Source of the DNA: a virus
Virus record (IMG/VR): IMGVR_UViG_3300046744_000223
Span: 64,001 to 128,000 of that record
Direction: 5' to 3' (one strand)
DNA length: 64,000 nt
Positions within the stretch are counted from its first letter, which is position 1; every line of letters begins with the position of its first letter. The notes under the pieces were generated by a model. The model did no database searches and was not told the DNA's origin. It saw nothing but the letters and a program-made list of their open reading frames with translations. The translations under genes and the position numbers were made by a program. Positions 1-7,115 of the stretch are shown one piece after another.

Positions 1-213
1 CATCTTAGCAGCAGTTCTAGCCATAGCGTAGTCGCCGGTCTCATCCATTGTCTTTTGGAAGATGGAAGAGTACTCTTTACGAGCACTCTCCGCTTCCGTG
101 TAATAGTGAGAATAATTGAAGTCCCCATTCTTAATCTTGTCAAACAAGTGAGCGTTAATGGGTAAACGCTTTTTCTTTCCTTTAGTATACCATCTGAACG
201 GATTATATCCCAT
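1..213 (-). CDS. hypothetical protein, 3' end runs off the window
   Basis: ATG at 213, open frame MGYNPFRWYTKGKKKRLP... to the window edge; abuts the stop of the AAA gene. Confidence 0.7.
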   Translation of the reverse strand, partial: MGYNPFRWYTKGKKKRLPINAHLFDKIKNGDFNYSHYYTEAESARKEYSSIFQKTMDETGDYAMARTAAKM

Positions 214-215
214 GA

Positions 216-1481
216 TTAAAACGGATTAGAAATATCTTCGGTTTCAACATTGAACAAGTTATCATCTTGAGGAATTTCACCTAAGAACTTCTGAACATAT
301 TGTTTCATATAAACTCTTTCAGATTCAGCCCCACCACTTTGGTCGAACATTGGATAAACAGCCAACTCTGCAGCCTCACTTAGTGAGAACCCATCGTAGA
401 GTAGAGACCCAATCTCAACTGCGGTCCGTGTAGATAGTGCGTTAGATAACTTTGGAGACTCAGACATCAACTCGTTACGAGTCATGGAAGTCACCTCAGC
501 AACATTATTTAGAATCTCAATATCAACCGATGGGTACATCATTTGAAGTAGTTGAGTTTCCTCATCACGAGTCAAAGTATCCATTTCAATTGGAATGAAT
601 CGGTCAAGAATTGCCCGGTCAAGAGAACGTGTAGCGGTGTACTCATTACCAATGTTAGCAGAGGCGATGAACGAAACACCATCGGCGACCTTAACAACAG
701 GAGCGTCAGCAGCCTCATCGAGACGTAAGTAACGTTGACCTTGGTCAAGGACGGTCATTAGAATGTTGTGAGCCTCAGGATGGGCCCGAGTCAACTCATC
801 AAGAACAACCACGGTATTTGGAGTGGATATCGCCTTGACAAATGGTGATGGGTTAAACACCGTACCTTTCTTGGTTTCAAACTGAGTGTTCCCAATCAAT
901 GTGGTTCGTGGGTCTTGGGTAGCTCCCAAGTTAATTACAAAGGTGTTGTAACCTTCAATTGAATTGGCAGCAGCCTTAGCAGCCATAGTCTTACCACAAC
1001 CGGCTGGACCAGTCATCATAATATTCTTACCACGAATGATGTTACGAATAAGAAGTTTCCACTTCAAAGGATTCATGAACAACATCTGAGGTTTAAGACC
1101 TTCAGACTCCTCGTGAATAAACTTGAGGACATCATCTGACATCTCAACTGAAATTGGTGTTGATTGTGATTTTGGTTTATACTCCAATGATAACAACCCA
1201 CCATTTGGATTGTTGAAGTTACCAACAGGCTCAAGGTTATCTTCAACCTTTGATGATGGAACACGTGTATGTCCTAACTCACCATCGGACAATCGACCAA
1301 CGACACGAACCTTCCATCCCCACTTAGCAGGATTGTTGGCGGCCGCTCTGGCACGTTTGTAAAGAGAAGAACCCTTCTCGTTTAATTCCTCAATAAGGAA
1401 GTTAACTCCATTGGAGTCTTGAAACATTAGTTGATTGTCTACTTCTACAATCTTACCGAAAACTGATTTTTGTGACTTCAT
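216..1481 (-). CDS. MoxR/CbbQ/CobS-type AAA+ ATPase
   Basis: Walker A GPAGCGKT, Walker B VVVLDELTR, ASAN sensor, LDRAILDRF Arg finger, STR sensor II. Start moved to 1481 because the track start lies inside the promoter. Confidence 0.9.
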   Translation of the reverse strand: MKSQKSVFGKIVEVDNQLMFQDSNGVNFLIEELNEKGSSLYKRARAAANNPAKWGWKVRVVGRLSDGELGHTRVPSSKVEDNLEPVGNFNNPNGGLLSLEYKPKSQSTPISVEMSDDVLKFIHEESEGLKPQMLFMNPLKWKLLIRNIIRGKNIMMTGPAGCGKTMAAKAAANSIEGYNTFVINLGATQDPRTTLIGNTQFETKKGTVFNPSPFVKAISTPNTVVVLDELTRAHPEAHNILMTVLDQGQRYLRLDEAADAPVVKVADGVSFIASANIGNEYTATRSLDRAILDRFIPIEMDTLTRDEETQLLQMMYPSVDIEILNNVAEVTSMTRNELMSESPKLSNALSTRTAVEIGSLLYDGFSLSEAAELAVYPMFDQSGGAESERVYMKQYVQKFLGEIPQDDNLFNVETEDISNPF

Positions 1482-1498
1482 ATTTTTATATTTCTCAA

Positions 1499-1566
1499 TT
1501 ATTACTCTGTAAATATAGTGATTTAGGTTCACAACTCCAAACTTTTAATGTTAAGTTTATGTTAAC
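1499..1566 (-). promoter_or_regulatory. early promoter cassette: TTAACA-N5-TTAACA, TTTG(-33), N20, TATATTTA(-7)
   Basis: caaa 1538-1541 and taaatata 1510-1517 on +, 20-nt spacer; 30 nt identical to the copy at 1826-1855. Confidence 0.85.
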
Positions 1567-1780
1567 TTTTCATATGATAAAACCGATTGTAATAACCAAC
1601 CTCACCTACATTAACATCATTCAATGGGGTGTACCCATTATACTGATTGGTATCATACAACATTCGTTCAATCATTGTACACATACCTGCTTTGAACTTA
1701 TCATCGCAATACTCATCGGTACGTTGGAGTTGGTTGTTAACGTAATCTAAAACTTTTTTTACTTCAATTGTCTTTCTCAT
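1562..1780 (-). CDS. hypothetical protein
   Basis: ORF between two promoter cassettes; its TAA lies inside the distal TTAACA box. Confidence 0.75.
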   Translation of the reverse strand: MRKTIEVKKVLDYVNNQLQRTDEYCDDKFKAGMCTMIERMLYDTNQYNGYTPLNDVNVGEVGYYNRFYHMKS

Positions 1781-1791
1781 ATCTCTCAATC

Positions 1792-1866
1792 TTACAGTAC
1801 TAAAGTACGACATTTATTTTATAAATCCAAACTTTTAATGTTAAGTTTATGTTAAAGTTATCAACA
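1792..1866 (-). promoter_or_regulatory. early promoter cassette plus DnaA-box-like TTATCAACA (1858-1866)
   Basis: TTTG 1831-1828, N20, TACTTTAG 1807-1800, tandem TTAACA upstream. Confidence 0.85.
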
Positions 1867-3981
1867 TTAAATAGCAACTTCAAACTTCTTATTTAAGGTC
1901 TTAGCCAGTTGGGTCATATTATTGGTGTCAATAAATTCAGCATCGTTTCCATACATTTGTTTAAACCCATCAGTACCATGCCCCTCCCATTCGGATATGA
2001 AATATGACAACACCTTAACTCCAGCCTTTCTCATTTTAGACACTTGCTCTGCCGTATGTTTTCTGGCGGCTTGACCCCCATAAGAAATCTCTTGGTTATC
2101 AAAACCAGGGAAACCATCTGAGAAGTTTATTAGGTATGTGTCCACACCTGATTTGGTTTTAGTAATCTCATTCATCACAGCCTCATAACACAACCCCTCA
2201 GGAGTAGTACCATCGGATTGAATGTGTTTAAATAATTGTTGAATCTTTGAGAACTTATCTTTACGACTATCATATGCAATCAACATTAGTGGTTGACACT
2301 TACTCCAATTGCCTGGTGAGTAGTAGATACCTCGGTACGAAATAACAACATCAATGTTGTCAGTCATCGAAGCCGCCTTAGCAATAGCCACAGCAGCGGT
2401 TTGTGTACTATTCCATTTTGACCCATTCATTGATGAACTCGCGTCAATTGAAATATGTAATACAATCGGTGTAGTGTTACTTATTAAAGTTTGTTCAAAG
2501 ATATCGAAGTTACCAAACCCAATCTCATGAATCATACGACTACTCAACTTACCACTCTTCATTCGTGGGGTAGTGAGGACACGTTCCTCATTACGAGTCT
2601 TGAGTTTCTTACCAAGAATAGTACCCAACTGAATACCCTTCTTGATATACTTATCACTACTGCTGGTTCTGTATTCCGAATTAGTCAACATACCCACCAT
2701 ATCCGAATCAATTAACCCACGGGTTAAATTGTTAATAATGTAGGTTTGAACTCCATTGGAACCAACCGACCAATTACTTTTGGCGAATCCCTTACCAGTA
2801 ACCTCAGACTTGATATCAGCCTTATCTAATTGGTCAATCTTATTCTTGTCAGACTTGGAAATCTTCTTCTTCTTAACATCACCTTCTTGAAACTCTTTTT
2901 GTTTTTCAATAGCGTTATCCAACATTTTCTTTTGGCGGTCTGAGAGTGGTTCATATTGACCACCAGCTCCATTAGGATTACCTTCACCACTTGGAGACCC
3001 ACCTTGTGTAGACTCATCATCTGAATCTGAACCATCATCGGAGTCACTTGGTGATGTTTCACCATTTCCATTAGAACTCATACCATCATCAGAAGTGGGG
3101 TTATTCTCAGTGTCACCACTCATAGGTGACTCACCATTTTCACTATCACCACCTTGTGGTTCACCATCACCATTAGACGATGAGCCAGTATCACTACCGG
3201 CAACCTCAAGTTGTTTTTCAACAATCATAAGAATCTCACCAGCCACATCCATAGCTTCCCACGATGATTTTAGTCGTGATATGTTACGTAGATTAAGTAC
3301 ATTCCAAATCTCACGAAGACCTTTAAGAGCATCGAGGTCACGATTCTCGTTAGTCAAGTTGATGATACGGAACATATAAGAATCCCAATCCTCAGTACGA
3401 TACTCAGAAGACTCAAGACCTTTGTCAATTACCTTAGAGTGAAAGTACTTATCGTACATAGACTCGTAGTAACCACGATAGCCAGGCGCCGTAGTGTAAA
3501 CGTGATTATCAATACGTCTATCTTCAACGTAGTTAAGAAGTGATTTTAGATTGTTACTAACTATGTGACTAAGTTCATCAGTCTCACATTGGTAACGATT
3601 AGCCATCCACTCTTTATCAATAGTAGTGGGTAGGTAACCACGATTCATTTCCGTAAGTGTTGTAAAGTCAGTCAGTGCGATGTGAGAACCCTCGTGGAGA
3701 GCCAGACCAACAACAGGGTCGAACTCTTTATCATCTAACTTAGCCGATATAACAACCTCAGTACCATCAGTATAGGATTGGTCTCCACGACCATCAAAGG
3801 TCACAGGAATTGACTTGCCAGTTACGATGGAAACGAAGTTAGCGATACTACGTTTGTAAGACATTAACTTCATTAAGTCATTTGACTTCTTTTCTACTGA
3901 AGAAATCTCAGTATCATCGAAGATTGACTCATCAAGCCAGAACGATGAATAGGATAGATTATTTTTTGACATACTTCTCAT
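1867..3981 (-). CDS. VWA-domain protein with N-terminal HExxH metallopeptidase-like domain (CobT-like partner of the AAA ATPase)
   Basis: LHEGSH, ED.RI motif, acidic S/G/D linker, MIDAS DASSSM...T...SDG. Confidence 0.88.
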   Translation of the reverse strand: MRSMSKNNLSYSSFWLDESIFDDTEISSVEKKSNDLMKLMSYKRSIANFVSIVTGKSIPVTFDGRGDQSYTDGTEVVISAKLDDKEFDPVVGLALHEGSHIALTDFTTLTEMNRGYLPTTIDKEWMANRYQCETDELSHIVSNNLKSLLNYVEDRRIDNHVYTTAPGYRGYYESMYDKYFHSKVIDKGLESSEYRTEDWDSYMFRIINLTNENRDLDALKGLREIWNVLNLRNISRLKSSWEAMDVAGEILMIVEKQLEVAGSDTGSSSNGDGEPQGGDSENGESPMSGDTENNPTSDDGMSSNGNGETSPSDSDDGSDSDDESTQGGSPSGEGNPNGAGGQYEPLSDRQKKMLDNAIEKQKEFQEGDVKKKKISKSDKNKIDQLDKADIKSEVTGKGFAKSNWSVGSNGVQTYIINNLTRGLIDSDMVGMLTNSEYRTSSSDKYIKKGIQLGTILGKKLKTRNEERVLTTPRMKSGKLSSRMIHEIGFGNFDIFEQTLISNTTPIVLHISIDASSSMNGSKWNSTQTAAVAIAKAASMTDNIDVVISYRGIYYSPGNWSKCQPLMLIAYDSRKDKFSKIQQLFKHIQSDGTTPEGLCYEAVMNEITKTKSGVDTYLINFSDGFPGFDNQEISYGGQAARKHTAEQVSKMRKAGVKVLSYFISEWEGHGTDGFKQMYGNDAEFIDTNNMTQLAKTLNKKFEVAI

Positions 3982-3984
3982 TTC

Positions 3985-4052
3985 TTATTACTATACTAAA
4001 GTAGTGAATATATTCGATATAAACAAGTTCCTAATGTTAAGAAATTGTTAAA
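3985..4052 (-). promoter_or_regulatory. early promoter cassette
   Basis: TTAACAATTTCTTAACA, CTTG 4027-4024, N20, TACTTTAG 4003-3996. Confidence 0.85.
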
Positions 4053-4068
4053 GTTTTCTGAAACCATT

Positions 4069-4254
4069 TTACTTGCGAGAGTAAGGACCATTGTATTCAT
4101 ACATTAGACCCATTGTAGGGTGGTTAATTGTATTACCTTTGACGATAGACTCTGAGAGTTTAGCTCCCAATCTCGACATTTTCAAACCGGTGATATATAA
4201 CTTACCACCTAACATTTTTGAATTCTCTTGACTTACGTTGATTGATTTTTTCAT
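4069..4254 (-). CDS. hypothetical protein
   Basis: 61-aa ORF downstream of a promoter. Confidence 0.7.
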   Translation of the reverse strand: MKKSINVSQENSKMLGGKLYITGLKMSRLGAKLSESIVKGNTINHPTMGLMYEYNGPYSRK

Positions 4255-4289
4255 TTTTTATTCTTTATTAATTATCTCTCTTTACTATG

Positions 4290-4321
4290 TAAAGATACGA
4301 ATAAAAATCCGAAATGCCAAG
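4290..4321 (-). promoter_or_regulatory. early promoter (CTTG-N20-TATCTTTA)
   Basis: same geometry as the other copies; no TTAACA repeat. Confidence 0.75.
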
Positions 4322-4342
4322 AAGTATTTGAATTAATCTTAA

Positions 4343-4361
4343 ATTTAGAACGAATCTAAAT
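4343..4361. promoter_or_regulatory. palindromic operator ATTTAGA-N5-TCTAAAT (Flavobacterial Fur-box-like)
   Basis: 7-bp perfect inverted repeat just upstream of the -33 element; related copy at 16327-16345. Confidence 0.5.
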
Positions 4362-4404
4362 AAGAAAGTTAGTGACTTAGAAATCACTAACGATGTAACG
4401 CAAA

Positions 4405-4539
4405 CTATAAGTTTTTCTTATGTTTAGCCTTACGCGTATATTGTTTTTTACTTTTATGTACATTACCACGCATAGCCTGCCATATCTCTTGAATGGTAAA
4501 CTCTTTTTTTTGTAATGTGTCTTTTGTTTTTTTCATCAT
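4405..4539 (-). CDS. 44-aa basic peptide, ArfA-like
   Basis: MMKKTKDTLQKKEFTIQEIWQAMRGNVHKSKKQYTRKAKHKKNL; not in the ORF track; preceded by a TATTTATA motif. Confidence 0.6.
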   Translation of the reverse strand: MMKKTKDTLQKKEFTIQEIWQAMRGNVHKSKKQYTRKAKHKKNL

Positions 4540-4553
4540 GTATAAATACTAAG

Positions 4554-4574
4554 TTATCCACAAAGTTATCAACA
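4554..4574 (+). promoter_or_regulatory. tandem DnaA boxes TTATCCACA + TTATCAACA
   Basis: perfect consensus box at 4554-4562 and 1-mismatch box at 4566-4574, intergenic. Confidence 0.6.
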
Positions 4575-4575
4575 T

Positions 4576-4962
4576 CTATTTTTTAAATTTACCACGAACT
4601 CTATCCGATATAGGTATTGAATCACCATTTTCATCTACCCTTACGAATTTTATGTTTGTAGATAGTATAACTGATTGATTACCTGAGTATACGTTATGTG
4701 CTCTTGCTTCCATATACAATGTAACCGAAGTGGTCCCTATCTCAGCAACACTACCATATATCTTAATTAACTGACCCTCACGTGCTGGTCGTTTAAATAA
4801 ACACTCGTCTATCTTAATAGTAACGACTCGTGGAGTGTCACATACTTGAGATGCAAACGCAGCCCCAGCTGCATCTAACCAAGCAAGTAACTTACCACCA
4901 AATAGATTAGCATGAAATCCTAAATCAGATTTCTTAACTGGATGTGTTGATATTAATTCCAT
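4576..4962 (-). CDS. acyl-CoA thioesterase (HotDog fold, YciA-like)
   Basis: NLFGGKLLAWLD motif, VVT...F.RP...G. Confidence 0.9.
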   Translation of the reverse strand: MELISTHPVKKSDLGFHANLFGGKLLAWLDAAGAAFASQVCDTPRVVTIKIDECLFKRPAREGQLIKIYGSVAEIGTTSVTLYMEARAHNVYSGNQSVILSTNIKFVRVDENGDSIPISDRVRGKFKK

Positions 4963-5312
4963 TATAACTTACCATCTTTTTTCATTTGTTCTCGAATCTT
5001 AGTAGCTGATATGTCGGATACCTCTTGTGGTGGCACGTGTTCATTTATGTCATAACCCACACCTCTACCATAGTTAACCGATTGTATGTCAGGAATAATA
5101 ACAGTTTTAATTCTACCTTGAGTTATCAAGTCGTAGTGAATGTGACCCAATCTCATTTGTATACGTTTAGCGGTCCATGGGTTATTCTCATCAACCTCCA
5201 CATCTCGTATAGCAAGACAAACGTTATTACCTTTATTTAACTCTTGGTCAATTAACCATTGATGACCTTCGTGCCATGGTTGCCACCTACCTATGAATAG
5301 TGAATACTTCAT
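4962..5312 (-). CDS. HxGH-family nucleotidyltransferase (cytidylyltransferase/NMNAT/ATP-sulfurylase-like)
   Basis: GRWQPWHEGH and ISATKIR motifs. Confidence 0.85.
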   Translation of the reverse strand: MKYSLFIGRWQPWHEGHQWLIDQELNKGNNVCLAIRDVEVDENNPWTAKRIQMRLGHIHYDLITQGRIKTVIIPDIQSVNYGRGVGYDINEHVPPQEVSDISATKIREQMKKDGKL

Positions 5313-5721
5313 TTAATGATTCAGTAACTGATTTGTTTGTTGTGTTAATTTTAATATCAGAGTCGTTGAATTCAAAATCAGACGCAAAGTAATCTTCACG
5401 ACCCCTCGTTTCAGTTGTATGTACGTAATAGTAATTAATATCTAAATCCCTTAGCTCATCACGTATATCATTGTAAGGAGCAACAACTGATACGAATACA
5501 TCGTACCCTTTGTATTCTAAGAATCTTGCTATATTATTAACATTACGTAAGTTATTCAACCTACCTTCTTTTGAGTAATCTTTATTATTAAAGATAGTTC
5601 TCATTTCATCACCATCAATATGTATGTGTTTCTTAAACTCCAATTGAGGTGAGTTACTTATCATAGCTTTAGCCAGTGTGGTCTTACCACTCCCTGGCTG
5701 TCCATAAAACCAATGTATCAT
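5287..5721 (-). CDS. cysC: adenylyl-sulfate kinase-like P-loop kinase
   Basis: GQPGSGKTT, IDGDEMR, YSKEGRLNN, V.PY...R. Confidence 0.75.
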   Translation of the reverse strand: MIHWFYGQPGSGKTTLAKAMISNSPQLEFKKHIHIDGDEMRTIFNNKDYSKEGRLNNLRNVNNIARFLEYKGYDVFVSVVAPYNDIRDELRDLDINYYYVHTTETRGREDYFASDFEFNDSDIKINTTNKSVTESLNEVFTIHR

Positions 5722-5728
5722 ATTCTTA

Positions 5729-6013
5729 TTAAAGTGGTGGTCCTAATAACCACTCTTTTATTTCTTCTCTTGCTGAGTTATCTATTTGGTCTTCCCAAGC
5801 ATCACTCCATTCTTTGTGTAAGTAATCTCTATGATGTGATAACAAGTCATCACCCCTATCAGTGTATGCAATTATACCCTTCAATACAGCGTATGACTTC
5901 TTCTTCTCAGTTACATCCCAATCAGTATTTTCTATAAGAGTATACATCATCAGAATTATATCAGATACGTCTTTCTTATTCCAAAGTTTAGATATGTGTT
6001 CTTGCTTGTTCAT
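5729..6013 (-). CDS. hypothetical protein
   Basis: start moved to 6013 because the track start overlaps tRNA-Gly. Confidence 0.7.
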   Translation of the reverse strand: MNKQEHISKLWNKKDVSDIILMMYTLIENTDWDVTEKKKSYAVLKGIIAYTDRGDDLLSHHRDYLHKEWSDAWEDQIDNSAREEIKEWLLGPPL

Positions 6014-6025
6014 TAAGAATCTTAG

Positions 6026-6098
6026 AGCGAAAGACGAGATTCGAACTCGCGACCCCCACCTTGGCAAGGTGATGCTCTACCAGCTGAGCTACTTTCGC
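6026..6098 (-). tRNA. tRNA-Gly(GCC), canonical
   Basis: GCGAAAG/CTTTCGC acceptor, anticodon loop TTGCCAA, TTCGAAT T-loop. Confidence 0.95.
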
Positions 6099-6104
6099 TT
6101 ATTG

Positions 6105-6176
6105 AGCGGAAGGGTGGCTCCGCCCCACCATCTTTGAACTGGATGTTCAACGAGTTTCTCTTAACTCCTCTTCCGC
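6105..6176 (-). tRNA. non-canonical tRNA-Gly(UCC)-like RNA, copy 1
   Basis: perfect 7/4/5/5 cloverleaf; anticodon loop CATCCAG; T-loop GGCGGAG; A8, U14, A33. Confidence 0.85.
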
Positions 6177-6181
6177 ATTAT

Positions 6182-6241
6182 AGAGAATGATAACCCGTAG
6201 CTTAAATTGAGCGGCCTTATCCCAATCTTTAACCATTCTCT
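6182..6241 (-). ncRNA. structured 60-nt spacer RNA between the two atypical tRNAs
   Basis: AGAGAATG/CATTCTCT closing stem, internal GATAA/TTATC and GCT/AGC helices. Confidence 0.4.
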
Positions 6242-6244
6242 TTG

Positions 6245-6316
6245 AGCGGGAGGTTGGTACTGCCCCAACACCTTCTATCTGGATGATAGACGACTTTCTT
6301 TTAAGTCTTCTCCCGC
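6245..6316 (-). tRNA. non-canonical tRNA-Gly(UCC)-like RNA, copy 2
   Basis: perfect cloverleaf; same CATCCAG loop; T-loop GGCAGTA; stems covary with copy 1. Confidence 0.85.
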
Positions 6317-6328
6317 GTTATTGTTTAT

Positions 6329-6360
6329 ACAATATACAACAATTTTTTGAATAAAACAAA
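6329..6360 (-). promoter_or_regulatory. promoter for the Gly-tRNA sub-cluster (TTTG-N20-TATATTGT)
   Basis: same geometry as the other early promoters, 12 nt upstream of copy 2. Confidence 0.7.
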
Positions 6361-6389
6361 TAAAATATAAAATACTTGACTGCGAATTG

Positions 6390-6474
6390 CGGAAGATATA
6401 GGATTCGAACCTATGGTACATTGCTGTACGCTGGTTTTCAAGACCAGTGCATTCGACCACTCTGCCAATCTTCC
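6390..6474 (-). tRNA. tRNA-Ser(UGA)
   Basis: GGAAGAT acceptor, CTTGAAA loop, long variable arm, TTCGAAT. Confidence 0.95.
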
Positions 6475-6483
6475 TAACGGATA

Positions 6484-6741
6484 TTATCCCTTTAATACTT
6501 GTTTGTCGTTATCATCAAACTCACCATACTCTTGGCCAAAGTTATCACGTAGTGTAGATAGTTTATCAGTAGCATCAGTCAATTGTGATACTAACAAATC
6601 AATCTCTTCAGTATGTTGTGGGTGTTCTCCGATAGCTACCGGATTTTCAAAGTAGATAGAGATACGTGCTCTTGAATCCATAATCTCTGCCGTGTACTTT
6701 GATTCCAATGCTTGGAATAATCTTCTTGAAATTTTACTCAT
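6484..6741 (-). CDS. conserved phage hypothetical protein
   Basis: NPVAIGEHP motif typical of large-phage proteins; TATTTATA upstream. Confidence 0.75.
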   Translation of the reverse strand: MSKISRRLFQALESKYTAEIMDSRARISIYFENPVAIGEHPQHTEEIDLLVSQLTDATDKLSTLRDNFGQEYGEFDDNDKQVLKG

Positions 6742-6795
6742 AACGTTTCTTTTTTAATCTTATATAAATAGTCTACCCAATTTTAGTAAACTTAG

Positions 6796-6866
6796 TTATC
6801 CGACAAGGACTCGAACCTTGAATGTCTGTACCAAAAACAGAAGTGTTGCCATTACACCATCGGACA
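6796..6866 (-). tRNA. tRNA-Gln(UUG)
   Basis: TGTCCGA/TCGGATA acceptor, loop TTTTGGT, TTCGAGT. Confidence 0.93.
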
Positions 6867-6870
6867 ATTG

Positions 6871-6942
6871 TACTCGGTAGGGGAATCGAACCCCTCTTTT
6901 ATGGATGAAAACCATAGGTCCTAACCGATAGACGAACCGAGC
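6871..6942 (-). tRNA. tRNA-Glu(UUC)
   Basis: GCTCGGT acceptor, loop TTTTCAT, TTCGATT. Confidence 0.93.
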
Positions 6943-6948
6943 AAATAA

Positions 6949-7030
6949 GAGTAGTCGTTAGGATACGGAGTCCTATTAATAGTAACTTACATTTACCCCT
7001 GCAGAGGTGTACTAAACTTTTTACCCACTC
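6949..7030 (-). ncRNA. tRNA-sized structured element, not a canonical tRNA
   Basis: GAGTGG/CTACTC terminal stem, TAGGA-CTCCGTA-TCCTA hairpin, ACCTC-TGCA-GGGGT hairpin. Confidence 0.35.
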
Positions 7031-7034
7031 TATG

Positions 7035-7108
7035 TGAACCCGACAGGATTCGAACCTGTGACCGTCTGCTTAGAAGGCAGATGCTCTATCCAACTGAGCT
7101 ACGAGTCC
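7035..7108 (-). tRNA. tRNA-Arg(UCU)
   Basis: GGACTCG acceptor, loop CTTCTAA, TTCGAAT. Confidence 0.95.
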
Positions 7109-7115
7109 CCTTTAA

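Noticed and set aside
216-3981. Cobalamin biosynthesis (cobS/cobT)
   Set aside because: No cobN or other cob genes; a generic MoxR-VWA pair is the safer call.
6275-6655. ORFs 6275-6460 and 6413-6655 (also 7034-7216 and the 5' extension of 5729-6067)
   Set aside because: They overlap clear tRNA genes.
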